DNA of 64,000 nucleotides from assembly GCA_965243025.1 (NCBI GenBank), contig CBDETY010000003.1:3584001-3648000 (forward strand), written 5' to 3'. Positions 18,869 through 28,588 of this stretch are shown here, piece by piece. Under the pieces are notes generated by a model. That model saw nothing but the letters and a program-made list of their open reading frames with translations. It had not been told where the DNA came from and did not search any database. Source of the stretch: Candidatus Latescibacterota bacterium. Its GTDB lineage: Bacteria; Latescibacterota; UBA2968; UBA8231. The stretch's first letter is position 1. Each line of letters begins with the position of its first letter. A program made the translations under genes and the position numbers.

Positions 18869-20506
18869 ATGGGCATGGGCATCGACACCTACACCGTGAA
18901 CCACTGGAACGAGGCGACGCACGCGCACGAGCCGTCGATCCTCACCATAGAGCAGAACTTCGCCTTCGACGCGCTCGGGTTCCTCGTGCTGCCGCAGCTC
19001 CTCAGCCAGGCCGAGTTGTCCGCGTGCCGCGACAGCGGAGATGGGCTGGGCGATCTCTGCAGCGAGGCCGGCGCCGTCGGACGCTACGTGCGCGAGCTGT
19101 GCGGCGATGGCTTTCGCCAGGACGGCCCTGCGAGGCACGTCCCCGCCGCCGCCTCGGGAGGGTACGACGAAGCCTCGCTGCCACTGGCAGGCGGGGCCCA
19201 CACGCTGGACCGGGCATACATCAACCTGACGGGGTGGAATGGCCGCAACGCCGACGGAACTTCGCTTTCGCGGGCCGGCGGCGCCTGGGAAGAGGTCCGC
19301 ATCCGGCAGTGCCAGGGGCTGGTGGTGGCCATCGCCCTCACGGACTCCGCAGAAGGCAGGTGCCCGCTGGTGGTCGTGCCCTCCTCGCACAAGAGCGGGC
19401 TGCCCGCCCCCCCGCTTCCATCCTCCAGCCGCTTCGCCGAGCGCCCGGCGCTGGCGGCGGGCGACGTGCTGCTGTGCGCCGCCAGCGCGCTGCACGGGGT
19501 CTGCCCGCAGGGTGACGGCGGCGAGCTGCTCGTGGTGGATTTCATCTCGCGCACGGCCCGGCCACAGGGGCCGCCCGACCAGCGGGACGAGCAGCCCCTG
19601 CCCGCATGGGCGGAAGGGCTGGGCGAGGCCGAGCAGACCGTGCTGGCGGGCGGCGACTCGCGTCGCCTGCTCCTGTCGGACGGCGCGACCACCTGGCTCA
19701 CCTCCGCCGACGATGCCGACGCGGCGCAGAGGTCCTCCTCGGCCATCGAGTTCGAACGGCGGGATGATCATGCCGAGCGCTGGGCGTTTGACACCCAGGG
19801 CTTCCTGTTGGTCGAGGGCGTCATGGACGATGATTGGGTCGATGCGGCCGTGGCGGGCATCGACGCCAACCTCGACCGGCTGGTGTACCGGGGCGCAGGC
19901 GACAAGCTCGACGGGGACGTGACGCTTGCCGACATCCCCGGGGCACCGACGATCTCGGGCACGGGCCGGCCGGACCTGAAGGACTTGTTTCAGCTGCCGG
20001 CGCCGCACAATGCGCCTTTCCTCAAAATGCTGGCGCATCCGGCCGTCATCCAGCGCCTGAACTGGATGATTGGACCCGGGTACAGGGTGACTCAGAACAC
20101 GGCCCTGTGCCACGTCAAAGGCTCGAGCGGGCAGATGCTGCACGCGGGGAACGCCAACCCTACCAGCATCGGCAAGCACTACGAGATGGTAAACGGGCGC
20201 GTGCACACGAGGTCGGGCATCAACGTCGCCTGGCAGCTCAACGACGTCGGGCCCGGCGATGGCGGCTTTGTCGTAGTGCCGGGCAGTCACAAGTCCTGCT
20301 ACCCCTTGCCGCATTCGGTGCGGGTCTGCAACGAGCGCGCGCCGATCCGCCACATTCCAATGCGCCGCGGGTCTGTTCTCTTCTTCCTGGGGGGAACGGT
20401 CTGCCACGGGGCGTACCGCTGGGAGGCTGAGTCACCGAGGCGGACAGCGCTCTTCACGTACGGGCACGACGGCCGGCGCCCTTTTGCATGGCCCTCGAGG
20501 ATCTGA
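18869..20506 (+). CDS. Tandem two-domain PhyH-family protein
   Basis: Two 'FD..GFL' starts and two VVP(S/G)SHKS motifs; second domain has LHAG and a distal CHG. Confidence 0.82.
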   Translation: MGMGIDTYTVNHWNEATHAHEPSILTIEQNFAFDALGFLVLPQLLSQAELSACRDSGDGLGDLCSEAGAVGRYVRELCGDGFRQDGPARHVPAAASGGYDEASLPLAGGAHTLDRAYINLTGWNGRNADGTSLSRAGGAWEEVRIRQCQGLVVAIALTDSAEGRCPLVVVPSSHKSGLPAPPLPSSSRFAERPALAAGDVLLCAASALHGVCPQGDGGELLVVDFISRTARPQGPPDQRDEQPLPAWAEGLGEAEQTVLAGGDSRRLLLSDGATTWLTSADDADAAQRSSSAIEFERRDDHAERWAFDTQGFLLVEGVMDDDWVDAAVAGIDANLDRLVYRGAGDKLDGDVTLADIPGAPTISGTGRPDLKDLFQLPAPHNAPFLKMLAHPAVIQRLNWMIGPGYRVTQNTALCHVKGSSGQMLHAGNANPTSIGKHYEMVNGRVHTRSGINVAWQLNDVGPGDGGFVVVPGSHKSCYPLPHSVRVCNERAPIRHIPMRRGSVLFFLGGTVCHGAYRWEAESPRRTALFTYGHDGRRPFAWPSRI

Positions 20507-20637
20507 GAATCGCTTCTCTCTGCCGTGGAATGCCGTCGCCGTGTCCCGCAGGGGCGGGGGCGGCCTGGGAGCCGGAGCGCCTGGAGGGCCGATAGTCAAG
20601 CCCAACGGAGGTCGCCCCTCGCGGACACCCTTAGCGG

Positions 20638-20667
20638 TTGTCCGATCCCTGGAGGCAGTGGTATAAT
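20638..20667 (+). promoter_or_regulatory. sigma70 promoter (extended -10) of the NHL-PhyH pair
   Basis: TTGTCC-N18-TATAAT with a TGn extension. Confidence 0.6.
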
Positions 20668-20726
20668 CGCCGTCACATCCTCTTGCTGCTCCGGAACAGC
20701 CTGATCTTTCCCGGAACCCCTGACCG

Positions 20727-21758
20727 ATGGACGTATCCGCGGAAAACCTCTACTTCACCGACGTGGGCAACCACAGCCTGCGCGCCGTCGATCTCGCCAC
20801 CGGGATCATCGCCACGGTCGCCGGCGGCCGCCCGCCCGAGACGGGGGCCAGCCCCGCCGGGGACGGCGGACCGGCCGCCGCGGCTGCCTTCTCCACCCAC
20901 CCGATGCGCGTCGCCCTCGACGGCCTCGGCCATCTCTACGTCACCGACGCCCACCAGAACCGGGTGCGCCGCATCGACGCGGCGAGCGGGGTCATCACCA
21001 CCGTCGCCGGCAACGGCGAGGAGGCCTTCGCGGGGGACGGCGGCCCCGCCACCGAAGCGAGTCTCGCGGTGCCGCACGGTTGCCGCTTCGACAGGGACGG
21101 CAACTTCTACATTGCCGACACGCGCAATCACCGCATTCGCCGGGTGGACGCGGCGACCGGGGTCATCACCACCTGCGCCGGGACCGGGGAGGAGGGGTAC
21201 TCCGGGGAAGGCCAGCCGGCACTGGAGTCGAAGCTGTACGCCCCCCTCGCCGTCGACGTCGCCGCCAACGGCGACCTCTACATCGTCGACACCGACAACC
21301 TGCGCTTCCGTTGCCTCGAGGCGGCAACCGGCATCCTGCGCACCGTCGCCGGCTGCGGCGGGATGGGGCCGACGGAAACCGGCATCCCCGCCCTCTGGGC
21401 GAAGTTCGGACGCCCCCGGGACATCCGCGTGCGCGGCGGCCAGGCCTACCTCGTCGACGGCAACAACTCCAGCCTCTTCCGCCTCGACCTCGGCAGCGGC
21501 CTGCTGCACCGGGTGGCAGGGGACGGAAGCAGCGGCTTCTCCGGAGACGGCGGACCGGCGGCCGATGCGCAGCTCGACCACTGCTACAGCATGGCGATCG
21601 ATCCGGTGGGGAACATCTACGTCAAGGACAGCGGCAACCGGAGAATCCGCCGCGTCGACGCCGGGAGGGGCCTGATCTCCACGGTTGCCGGAAGGGGCGA
21701 GCGCGGCTTCTCCGGCGACGGCGGCCCCGCCCTCGAGGCGGCGCTCGACATCGGCTGA
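20727..21758 (+). CDS. NHL-repeat protein
   Basis: Repeated GDGGPA..A.L..P..A.D..GN.YIAD..NHRIRRVD...GIITTVAG units. Confidence 0.92.
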   Translation: MDVSAENLYFTDVGNHSLRAVDLATGIIATVAGGRPPETGASPAGDGGPAAAAAFSTHPMRVALDGLGHLYVTDAHQNRVRRIDAASGVITTVAGNGEEAFAGDGGPATEASLAVPHGCRFDRDGNFYIADTRNHRIRRVDAATGVITTCAGTGEEGYSGEGQPALESKLYAPLAVDVAANGDLYIVDTDNLRFRCLEAATGILRTVAGCGGMGPTETGIPALWAKFGRPRDIRVRGGQAYLVDGNNSSLFRLDLGSGLLHRVAGDGSSGFSGDGGPAADAQLDHCYSMAIDPVGNIYVKDSGNRRIRRVDAGRGLISTVAGRGERGFSGDGGPALEAALDIG

Positions 21759-21769
21759 GGAGAAATCCT

Positions 21770-22558
21770 TTGGAGCTGAGCGACTCGCAGGCAGCGGCGT
21801 TCGCCGACCGGGGGTACCTGTTCTTCCCCGGGCTGCTGTCCACCGCCGAGGCGGCTCCGCTGCAGTCGGCGGTCCCGGAGATACTGGCGCGCCAGGGGCC
21901 CGAGATCGTGCGCGAGCAGGAGGATCCCACCGCCGCCCGCCTCGCCTTCGGGTCCCACATCTACTCGGAGCCGTTCCGGCGCCTCGCCCTGCTGCCGCGG
22001 CTGCTGAACCCGGTGCGCCGGCTGCTGCAGGACGAGGTGTACCTGCACCAGAGCCGCCTCAACCCCAAGCAGGGGTTCGGCTCCGGGGCTTCCTGGACCT
22101 GGCACCAGGACTTCCCGCCCTGGCACAGCATCGACGGCATGCCGGAACCGCGCTGCATCATGGCCTCGGTCTTCGTCGACGACTGCACCGTAGCGAAATC
22201 CCCGCTGCTGATCCTGCCCGGCTCGCACCGCCGCGGCCTGCTCGACTCGAAGCCGCACGAGGACTCCGTGGGCAAGGAGTACGAGCTCCACCACATCGGC
22301 CGCGAGGAGTTCGGGCGCCTCGCCGACGAACACGGCATCGAGCCGCTGGTCGGCCCGGCCGGCTCCGTCTGCTTCGTCCACTGCAACATCATCCACGGCT
22401 CGGCGGACAACGTCTCCCCCTGGCGGCGGGCGATTCTGTACCTGATCTACAACGCCGTCAGCAATGCCTGCACCGGCAGCGCGCGGGACTGGTACCACAA
22501 CAACCGCGACTTCACTCCGCTGCAAGCCGTCTCCGACGACGCCCTGCTCACCCTGTAG
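21770..22558 (+). CDS. PhyH-family dioxygenase (ectoine/proline hydroxylase-like)
   Basis: TTG start after GAGGAG; QSRLNPK, WHQDF..WH..DGMPEPR, LPGSH, HCNIIHGS, YNAVSN. Confidence 0.88.
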   Translation: MELSDSQAAAFADRGYLFFPGLLSTAEAAPLQSAVPEILARQGPEIVREQEDPTAARLAFGSHIYSEPFRRLALLPRLLNPVRRLLQDEVYLHQSRLNPKQGFGSGASWTWHQDFPPWHSIDGMPEPRCIMASVFVDDCTVAKSPLLILPGSHRRGLLDSKPHEDSVGKEYELHHIGREEFGRLADEHGIEPLVGPAGSVCFVHCNIIHGSADNVSPWRRAILYLIYNAVSNACTGSARDWYHNNRDFTPLQAVSDDALLTL

Positions 22559-22669
22559 GCCCGGGGCGGGCATTCCCCAAGTTCCGCCGCTGCATCCCGG
22601 CTCAGGGCCGGTTTCAAGTTCTCCGGGGGACGTAGTCCGTGGGAAGCGGCCTTGGCCCCCGCCGGCGTC

Positions 22670-22724
22670 GTGACAGTTCCGTAACAATTCCGCACCAGTT
22701 CCGTAACCTCGGCGTCACCGTCCG
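22670..22724 (+). promoter_or_regulatory. Five 11-bp direct repeats, PhoB/PhoP-type box
   Basis: GTGACAGTTCC GTAACAATTCC GCACCAGTTCC GTAACCTCGGC GTCACCGTCCG upstream of the TBDR-phytase operon. Confidence 0.7.
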
Positions 22725-22791
22725 GGGACACTGCGGGGGTTCCTTTGATGCAGGACGGATTTCACCGTCCTCATCGAAAAGGAAAAGAGGA

Positions 22792-25587
22792 ATGTTCTCT
22801 CGAACTGTTCTGCCTGCCCTGCTGATGCTGGCGGCCGCGACGATCGCCGATGCCGGCAGCGGAATCGTCAGCGGCAGGGTCGTCGATGCCGGTTCCGGGT
22901 TCCCGCTGCCGGGAGCCCACGTCATGCTCAACGGCGGGGAACCGGGCGCCGTCAGCGACCAGGACGGCCGCTTCAAGTTCACCGGCGCCGCTCCCGGGGA
23001 TCACGAGATCACCGTCACCTACATCGGCTACACACCCGCGGCCGCCCCGGTAACCGTGTCGGGATCGCGGGTCGCCTCCCTGGAAATCGAGCTCGCCCCC
23101 GGGGTGATAGTCGCCGACGAGGTCGTCGTCGTCAGCGAGCGCCTGCAGGGCCAGGCCCGCGCCCTCAACCAGCAGAAGCAGAGTCCGAACATCACCAACG
23201 TCGTCGCCGCCGATCAGGTGGGCCGGTTCCCCGACGCCAACATCGGCGACGCCATCAAGCGGATTCCCGGCATCGTCGTCGCCAACGACCAGGGGGAAGC
23301 CCGCTTCGGGCTGATCCGCGGCACCGAGGCCCGCCTCAACTCCATCACGCTCAACGGCGAGCGCGTCCCCTCCGCCGAAGGGGAAGTGCGGGCGGTGCAG
23401 CTCGACCTCGTGCCCGCGGACATGATCCAGACCATCGAGGTCAACAAGGCGCTCACTCCCGACATGGACGCCGACGCCATCGGCGGCGCGGTCAACCTAG
23501 TCACCCGCGCGGCCCCCGGCAGCCAACGCCTTTCAGGGACCCTGGGAAGCGGGTTCAACTTCCTCTCCGGTCAGCCGATGGGACTCTCCTCGGTGGTGGC
23601 GGGCAGCCGCTTCCTCGACGGCAGGCTCGGCGCCATCGTCAGCGCCTCCTACCACAACCACAAGCTCGGCTCGGACAACATCGAGGCGGAGTGGGACGAG
23701 GAGGACGGCGCCGTCTACATGTCGGAGTTCCAGCTTCGCAAGTACGACGTCGACCGCGTCCGCAGCAGCCTCAGCGGCGCCCTCGACTACCGGCTCGACG
23801 ACCGCAACGAGCTCTACCTCAGCGCCATGTTCAACCAGCGGGACGACTACGAGAACCGCTACCGCCTGACCGTCCGGGACCTCGAGCTGCCCGAAGACGG
23901 GGTGACCCCCGAGGGGCAGATCCGGCGCCAGACCAAGGGGGGCAGCAGCGACATCGGCGACGCCCGCCTCGAGGACCAGGCCACCGCGAGCATGGCCGTC
24001 GGGGGGGAGCACCTCCTCGGCGCCGCCTTCGAAGTCGACTGGTCGGCGTCCTGGGCAAAGGCTTCCGAGGAGCGGCCGGATGAGCGCTACATCCAGTACC
24101 GGGTCAGGGACGTAGGGGTGCTGCCCGACATCGGCGACCCGGAGAGGCCTGGCTGGTCCGCCGCCGACGAAGCCGAGATCGCCCTGTCGGAGTTCGAGCT
24201 CCACGAGATCACCGAGGAGAACCAGTTCACCGAGGAGGAGGACCTCAACGCCCGGGTCGATTTCTCCTTCCCCTGGCTGCAGGGAGAAAGCGGCAACCGC
24301 GTGCAGTTCGGCTTCCGCTACCGCGGCAAGGAGAAGCTGCGGGACAACGATTTCTTCGAGTACGAGCCGATCGACGAGGACGGCTTCGCCTCGCTCGGGA
24401 CGGTTGCCCGCAGGGACTACTCCGACACCGGTTTCCTCGCCGGCGACTACCTGGCCGGGGAGTTCGTCACCGAGGAGTTCCTCGGCGGCCTCGCTCTCGA
24501 CGACCCGGAACAATTCGAGCGCAGCGACCTGCCCGAGGAGTACGTGGCGGGCAACTACGAGGCCCGGGAGACGGTGACCGGCGGCTACCTGATGGTCGAG
24601 CAGGCGCTCGGTCCCCGGCTCGACCTGCTGCTCGGGCTGCGCGTCGAGGACACCCGCATCGAGTACACCGGCAACGAGCTGTTCGTCGACCCGGACGCCG
24701 ACGAGGAGATCGCCACGCGCCCGGTGACCGGGGACGACGGCTACATGCACCTGCTTCCAGGACTGCACGCCCGCTACCGCCTCGACGACGCCACGGCGCT
24801 CCGCTTCGCCTGGACCAACACCCTGGCGCGGCCCAACTACTACGACCTGGTGCCCTACCGCGAGGTGCTGATCGAGGACGAGGAGCTGTTCGAGGGAAAC
24901 CCCGCTCTCGATCCGACCACGTCGATGAACTTCGACCTCATGGCCGAGCGCTACTTCTCGACGGTCGGACTGGTCTCGGCGGGGCTGTTCTACAAGGACA
25001 TCAGCGACTTCATATTCAAGTACGCGGAGAAGGATTACGCCGACCCGGTCAGCGACCGCCTGTTCGCAGACTACGTGCATCCGCTCAACGGCAGCAGCGC
25101 CTCGGTCTCCGGCTTCGAGTTCGCCTTCCAGCGGCAGCTCGACTTCCTGCCGTCGGTCTGGCGCGGCATCGGCCTATACACCAACTACACCTGGACCCGC
25201 TCCAGCCTGGAGGGGCTTCCCGTGGAGGGCCGGGAAGAGGAGGACCTTCCCCTTCCCGGGTCGGCCCCCCACTCCTTCAACGGCTCCCTGTCGTACGACA
25301 TGTCCGCCCTCTCGCTGCGGCTCTCCGTCAACTACGCCGCCGCCCACCTCGACGCCGGCGAGGGGGAGATCGGCGAGTCGGCTTTCTACGACCGCTACTA
25401 CGACACGGCCACCCACGTCGACCTCAACGGCTCCTACCGGATCACCCCGCAGCTGCGCGCCTTCTTCGAGGCGAGCAACCTGACCGACCAGCCGCTGCGC
25501 TTCTACCAGGGGGTGAAGGAACGCACCATGCAAACGGAGTACTACGACCGCCGTTTCACCGCGGGACTGAAGTTTGACCTGCTGTAA
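22792..25587 (+). CDS. TonB-dependent receptor (phytase-associated type)
   Basis: Signal peptide, CarboxypepD-like domain, plug GRFPDANIGDAIKRIPG, KALTPDMDADAIGG, GNPALDP, C-terminal aromatic strand. Confidence 0.93.
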   Translation: MFSRTVLPALLMLAAATIADAGSGIVSGRVVDAGSGFPLPGAHVMLNGGEPGAVSDQDGRFKFTGAAPGDHEITVTYIGYTPAAAPVTVSGSRVASLEIELAPGVIVADEVVVVSERLQGQARALNQQKQSPNITNVVAADQVGRFPDANIGDAIKRIPGIVVANDQGEARFGLIRGTEARLNSITLNGERVPSAEGEVRAVQLDLVPADMIQTIEVNKALTPDMDADAIGGAVNLVTRAAPGSQRLSGTLGSGFNFLSGQPMGLSSVVAGSRFLDGRLGAIVSASYHNHKLGSDNIEAEWDEEDGAVYMSEFQLRKYDVDRVRSSLSGALDYRLDDRNELYLSAMFNQRDDYENRYRLTVRDLELPEDGVTPEGQIRRQTKGGSSDIGDARLEDQATASMAVGGEHLLGAAFEVDWSASWAKASEERPDERYIQYRVRDVGVLPDIGDPERPGWSAADEAEIALSEFELHEITEENQFTEEEDLNARVDFSFPWLQGESGNRVQFGFRYRGKEKLRDNDFFEYEPIDEDGFASLGTVARRDYSDTGFLAGDYLAGEFVTEEFLGGLALDDPEQFERSDLPEEYVAGNYEARETVTGGYLMVEQALGPRLDLLLGLRVEDTRIEYTGNELFVDPDADEEIATRPVTGDDGYMHLLPGLHARYRLDDATALRFAWTNTLARPNYYDLVPYREVLIEDEELFEGNPALDPTTSMNFDLMAERYFSTVGLVSAGLFYKDISDFIFKYAEKDYADPVSDRLFADYVHPLNGSSASVSGFEFAFQRQLDFLPSVWRGIGLYTNYTWTRSSLEGLPVEGREEEDLPLPGSAPHSFNGSLSYDMSALSLRLSVNYAAAHLDAGEGEIGESAFYDRYYDTATHVDLNGSYRITPQLRAFFEASNLTDQPLRFYQGVKERTMQTEYYDRRFTAGLKFDLL

Positions 25588-26659
25588 TTCCGGACCGCGG
25601 CTGTTCCGGGCGGCTTCCTGGCTGGGGGCGGCCCTGTTTCTCGTCCAGTGCCAGGACGGCCCGCGGTCTTCGCAGGCCCCGCCCAGGGAAGCGGCAATCA
25701 CTGTCGCCGAGAGCTTTCTCACCGAGCGCCGGGAAACCGACAACGTCGACTCCCCGGCGGTCTGGCACGGCCCCGGAGACCGCCACTGGCTGCTGTCGAC
25801 CGCCAAGTCCACCCACCAACTGCTCGTGCACGACGCCGCCGACGGAAAGCTGATCCGCCGGGTCGGCGGACCGGGGACCGGGGCGGGAACCTTTCTGCGC
25901 CCCAACGGCGTCGCCGTGATCGGGGACTTCGCCGTCGTCGTCGAGCGCGACAACCACCGCCTGCAGGCCCTGTCGCTGCCGGATTTCGAGCCGGCCGCCA
26001 CGATCGGAGCCGAGGTGCTGCGCCGGCCGTACGGAGTCGCCGCCGCCCCCGGCGAGGGCGGCTGGGACGTCTGGGTCACCGACAACTACGAGCCGACCTC
26101 GGCCTCGGCCCCGGCCGCGGAGATGGGAGAGCGGCTGCGGCGGTTCCGCCTGCAGGTGACTGAGACCGGGCTGACCGGGGAGTACGCCGGCGCCTTCGGA
26201 GACACCACGGAAGCCGGCTGCCTGCGGAAGGTCGAAACGGTCGCGGTCGACCCCCTTCACGGCAGGGTGCTGGTCGCCGAGGAGGCGGAACGGGTGCTCA
26301 AGGTCTACGACCTCGAGGGGCGCTTCACCGGAGAACTGGCCGGAGCCGGCCTGTTCCGCTACGAACCGGAGGGGGTGGCGCTGCTGGAATGCGGGGAGGG
26401 AGGCGGCTACTGGTTCGCCACCGACCAGGATGATGCGGACAACCGCTTCCTGGTGCTGGACCGGGAGAGTCTCGCCGGCCTGGGGGCCTTCTCCGGAGCC
26501 GTCACCGCCAACACCGACGGCGTCGCCCTGACCGGCCGCGGCTTCGGCCCCTTCAGCCGCGGCGCCTTCTACGCCGTGCACGACGACGGCAACGTCGCCG
26601 CCTTCGACCTGGCTGAGATCGTCAGGGCCCTGGGGCTCGACTGCCCCCCTTCTCGGTAG
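25574..26659 (+). CDS. Beta-propeller phytase (3-phytase), probable lipoprotein
   Basis: DNVDSPAVW, STAK, RPNGV, EPEGVAL, TDGVAL, GPFSRGAFYAVHDD; overlaps the TBDR stop. Confidence 0.85.
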   Translation: MTCCNSGPRLFRAASWLGAALFLVQCQDGPRSSQAPPREAAITVAESFLTERRETDNVDSPAVWHGPGDRHWLLSTAKSTHQLLVHDAADGKLIRRVGGPGTGAGTFLRPNGVAVIGDFAVVVERDNHRLQALSLPDFEPAATIGAEVLRRPYGVAAAPGEGGWDVWVTDNYEPTSASAPAAEMGERLRRFRLQVTETGLTGEYAGAFGDTTEAGCLRKVETVAVDPLHGRVLVAEEAERVLKVYDLEGRFTGELAGAGLFRYEPEGVALLECGEGGGYWFATDQDDADNRFLVLDRESLAGLGAFSGAVTANTDGVALTGRGFGPFSRGAFYAVHDDGNVAAFDLAEIVRALGLDCPPSR

Positions 26660-26782
26660 TTTCCCATCGGTCTCGACCTGCCCCCCGGTAGATGATGGCC
26701 GGGGACAGTGCCGAAACCTTCCTGATTCGGGCCTCTCCCGCTCTGTCTTTTCCGCCGCGGGGCCGGGGCGGCAGGGGCGCCT

Positions 26783-27877
26783 TCACCGCTCTTTCAGGTG
26801 ACTGCAATCCAGCCGCGCCACCTGCAGGGGCCGCTTCCCGGACTTCGTCTTCAGCCTTCGATCCGCCCCCAGGATTATGAGCACCTCGGCCGCTTCGAGT
26901 TTGCCCTCGTACGCCGCCCTGTGGAGCGGGGTGCGCCCCTTCCTGTCCTGAGCGTCGAGACCGGCGCCGTTCTCCGCCAGCAGCCAGACCGCCTCGACGT
27001 TCCCCCTCTCCGCCGCCAGGTGAAGCGGGGTCCGAGCGGAGACGGTTTCGGCATCGACCTCGGCGCCGCGCCGCAGCAGCCATTTCAGGCAGGTGGTTGA
27101 ACCGGAGCGGGCGGCCCAGTGCAGGGGCGTCATGTCCGCCTCCCCCCTCTTCGGGACCACCGCGGCATCCTCTCCGGCCAGCTCGCGCACCCGCTCGAGG
27201 TCGTCCATGCCGCACGCCGAGAAGATGTCGTAGCGCGCCCCGTGCCCGAGAAGGGCGCGGACCGTACCGGCGACGTCGGAGTTCCAGCGGTCGGTGCCGA
27301 AACGGGCCGCGGCCTCCTGCAACGGGGTGTTGCCGCGCTCGCCGTTGCCCGAGAACGGCGCTTCCGGGTCGGCGCCGTGCTCAAGGGCGAACTCCGTGTA
27401 CTCGACCGGCCTGCCGACCGCCCAGAACAGCAGCGAGGTGTTGGCCGGCCACCCGACGTGCGACGTGCTGATGACGGATGCATTGCTGACGCCGGCCTCG
27501 AATACCGTGCGCAGGGTCTCGAAGTTCCCGTGGTAGAAGGACTTGGTCACCGGCTCGTGCTGGTGCTTCCTGTAGAGCCCGGTCTCGCAGTCGTAGAACT
27601 CGCGGACGCCGCGGTCGAGCAGGAAGCGGACCGCGTCCAGGGTGCCGAAGTAGGAGGCCGCCATCGACAGGGCGACGGAACCGACCGATTCGAGCAGGGT
27701 CGGCCGCTCCCGCAGCAGGGCTTCCATTCGCGGGACGTCGCAGCTGGCGTGGCTCAGGTCGGCGGCGCCGTGCGCCGCCGCGGTCAGGAACCGCTTCTCG
27801 AGAGCGCTGAACTTCCTCCCCTCCCTCATCTCGAAGGCCCTGGCCATCTTCTGCATCAGGTAGTCGGTATCGTTCAC
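26783..27877 (-). CDS. Ankyrin-repeat protein
   Basis: TPLQEAA, TPLHWAA, TPLHLAA, TPLHRAA repeats. Confidence 0.9.
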   Translation of the reverse strand: MNDTDYLMQKMARAFEMREGRKFSALEKRFLTAAAHGAADLSHASCDVPRMEALLRERPTLLESVGSVALSMAASYFGTLDAVRFLLDRGVREFYDCETGLYRKHQHEPVTKSFYHGNFETLRTVFEAGVSNASVISTSHVGWPANTSLLFWAVGRPVEYTEFALEHGADPEAPFSGNGERGNTPLQEAAARFGTDRWNSDVAGTVRALLGHGARYDIFSACGMDDLERVRELAGEDAAVVPKRGEADMTPLHWAARSGSTTCLKWLLRRGAEVDAETVSARTPLHLAAERGNVEAVWLLAENGAGLDAQDRKGRTPLHRAAYEGKLEAAEVLIILGADRRLKTKSGKRPLQVARLDCSHLKER

Positions 27878-27886
27878 GGCTGCATC

Positions 27887-28072
27887 TCAGGGAATATTCC
27901 GGGTGCGATGATAACGCTCGACGATATGAGGGACGGCTTCACTCGCCGGGCGCATGCGCGCCGTCTCTTCCGATGTCAATTCCCGCGTGTCCGGATCGGA
28001 GGCGATGCCGGCCCGGATGGCTGAATCTTCTTCCTTTGACGGGTAAGCGATTTCACGCTTGGCTTTGGACAT
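27887..28072 (-). pseudogene. brnA: Truncated BrnA-family antitoxin
   Basis: P..EEDSAIRAGIASDPDTRELT.EE.ARMRPASE N-terminus; stops before the RGRP/RHH C-terminal half. Confidence 0.65.
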
Positions 28073-28130
28073 AATCTCCGACCTCTCTTCTTGTGGCTTT
28101 GCGCAAGCTGATGATGCGGAACACGCAATG
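28053..28130 (-). pseudogene. brnT: C-terminal remnant of BrnT toxin
   Basis: VFRIISLRKATRREVGDYVQSQA* overlapping the brnA start; in-frame stop immediately upstream. Confidence 0.65.
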
Positions 28131-28160
28131 TCAAGAACGTTTCATACCGGAGGATCGCCG

Positions 28161-28568
28161 ATGCGTTTTCCAGCTGTGATTCACAAAGACGAAGAGACCG
28201 GATATGGAGTCACCGTGCCGGATCTGCCCGGCTGCTTTTCGGCCGGAGATACACTCGAAGAGGCTATCGAATCCGCTCACGAGGCGGTAGCCTGCCACAT
28301 CGAGGGATTGCTCATGGACGGCGAGCAGATCCCGGAGCAGGCGCCACTGGAGATACACCAGGCCAACGAGGACGGGGATGGGATCTGGGCGCTGGTTGCA
28401 GTCGACATCTCCAAGCTGTCGAGCAAGGCAAAGCGGATCAACATCACCGTGCCCGCCCGGGTGCTGGCGATCCTGGACGAGGCCGCCGCCCGGGAAGGGG
28501 AGACGCGGTCCGGGCTGCTCGCTCGCGCTGCCCTCAGCTATGTGCAGCGACGATCGACCGACACCTGA
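28161..28568 (+). CDS. hicB: HicB-family antitoxin (no hicA adjacent)
   Basis: YGVTVPDLPGCFSAGDTLEEA, KRINITVP...TRSGLL; GGAGG RBS. Confidence 0.92.
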   Translation: MRFPAVIHKDEETGYGVTVPDLPGCFSAGDTLEEAIESAHEAVACHIEGLLMDGEQIPEQAPLEIHQANEDGDGIWALVAVDISKLSSKAKRINITVPARVLAILDEAAAREGETRSGLLARAALSYVQRRSTDT

Positions 28569-28588
28569 GGCGAGGAGAATTGCAAGCG

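Noticed and set aside
21770-22558. Calling this gene ectD
   Set aside because: WHQDFPPWHSIDG departs from the EctD WHSDFETWHxEDG signature, and no ect genes are nearby.
22670-22724. Repeats as a mini-CRISPR or iterons
   Set aside because: Contiguous 11-mers without spacers; no cas or rep genes.
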